A DNA stretch of 64,000 nt from Octopus sinensis (taxonomy: Eukaryota). Below, one piece after another: positions 63,512-64,000 of the stretch. The DNA lies in NCBI RefSeq assembly GCF_006345805.1, contig NC_043006.1:80166001-80230000 (forward strand), written 5' to 3'. The first letter of the stretch is position 1. Every line of letters begins with the position of its first letter. The notes below the pieces were generated by a model that saw only the letters and a list, made by a program, of their open reading frames with translations, was not told where the DNA came from and did no database searches. Position numbers and translations under genes: made by a program.

Positions 63512-64000
63512 CACTTTTCGCAGTAAATACAATGAAAGTAAATACAATATAGTTGAGACCTACCGGATTTGATGCGAAATATTTCTCCGTTTCAATCACA
63601 ATTGTATAGCTTGTTCACAGCACCAAGTTCCAAGCAAAGTTTGAAAATTCCCAAAAGTTCGCGTTGGTTTTTAGTCTTGGGATAAAACTGTGCATATATC
63701 TTTTTAATTTGAATCCATGTCATGCCGACTAAATCGTGTTATTTTTTCACATAATACTGATTGTTCATCCGGTGATAATTGAAAATAATGCCGACAAAGA
63801 AACTGCTAAATTTCAAGACCAACCAAATAACACAGTGTGTAAAAATGAACTGACAACGAAATTGAGTGTTTAACTGTGCCAAAGCTAATTCAATATGATA
63901 TTACTGTGCATTGGTCAATATAAATAACTATGTATTCGACAGTAGATGTATTATAATTATCATGCGATGATAAGCACATTTAAACTAATATTATTCTTCC

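Noticed and set aside
63550-63700. Possible mariner C-terminal fragment (EKYFASNP)
   Set aside because: Too short and degenerate to support

Overview
AT-rich, microsatellite-dense eukaryotic DNA, most likely an octopus (inferred from the tRNA-derived SINE families and repeat landscape, not from a database match). The only credible host genes are three paralogous single-exon CDSs on the minus strand (3491-5524, 31985-33976, 52323-54326). Each encodes a ~665-677 aa class-B-like, Methuselah-like 7TM receptor with a signal peptide, a somatomedin-B-like Cys-rich module and further Cys-rich ectodomain modules, and none has a recognisable GPS motif. The paralogs show patchy near-identity (possible gene conversion), a hypervariable ectodomain segment, and loss of two otherwise conserved cysteines in one copy. 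The spacers are filled with decayed mobile elements: several SINE families, RTE, Tx1/L1-like, CR1-like and R4/Dong-like LINEs, Tc1, mariner and Tigger remnants, non-autonomous Helitrons, and MITE or foldback elements. The most unusual non-coding signal is a set of minimal type I hammerhead ribozyme motifs of the Penelope-like-element kind. One lies at 14102-14155. Two more form an inverted pair inside an apparently perfect 163-bp-arm palindrome about 700 bp downstream of the second receptor's stop codon. A ~365-bp very GC-rich island (8866-9230) is unexplained and may be an rDNA fragment. Most other ORFs in the track are microsatellite translations or transposon debris. TE boundaries are approximate unless a TSD or terminal motif is cited. 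All alignments were done by eye.
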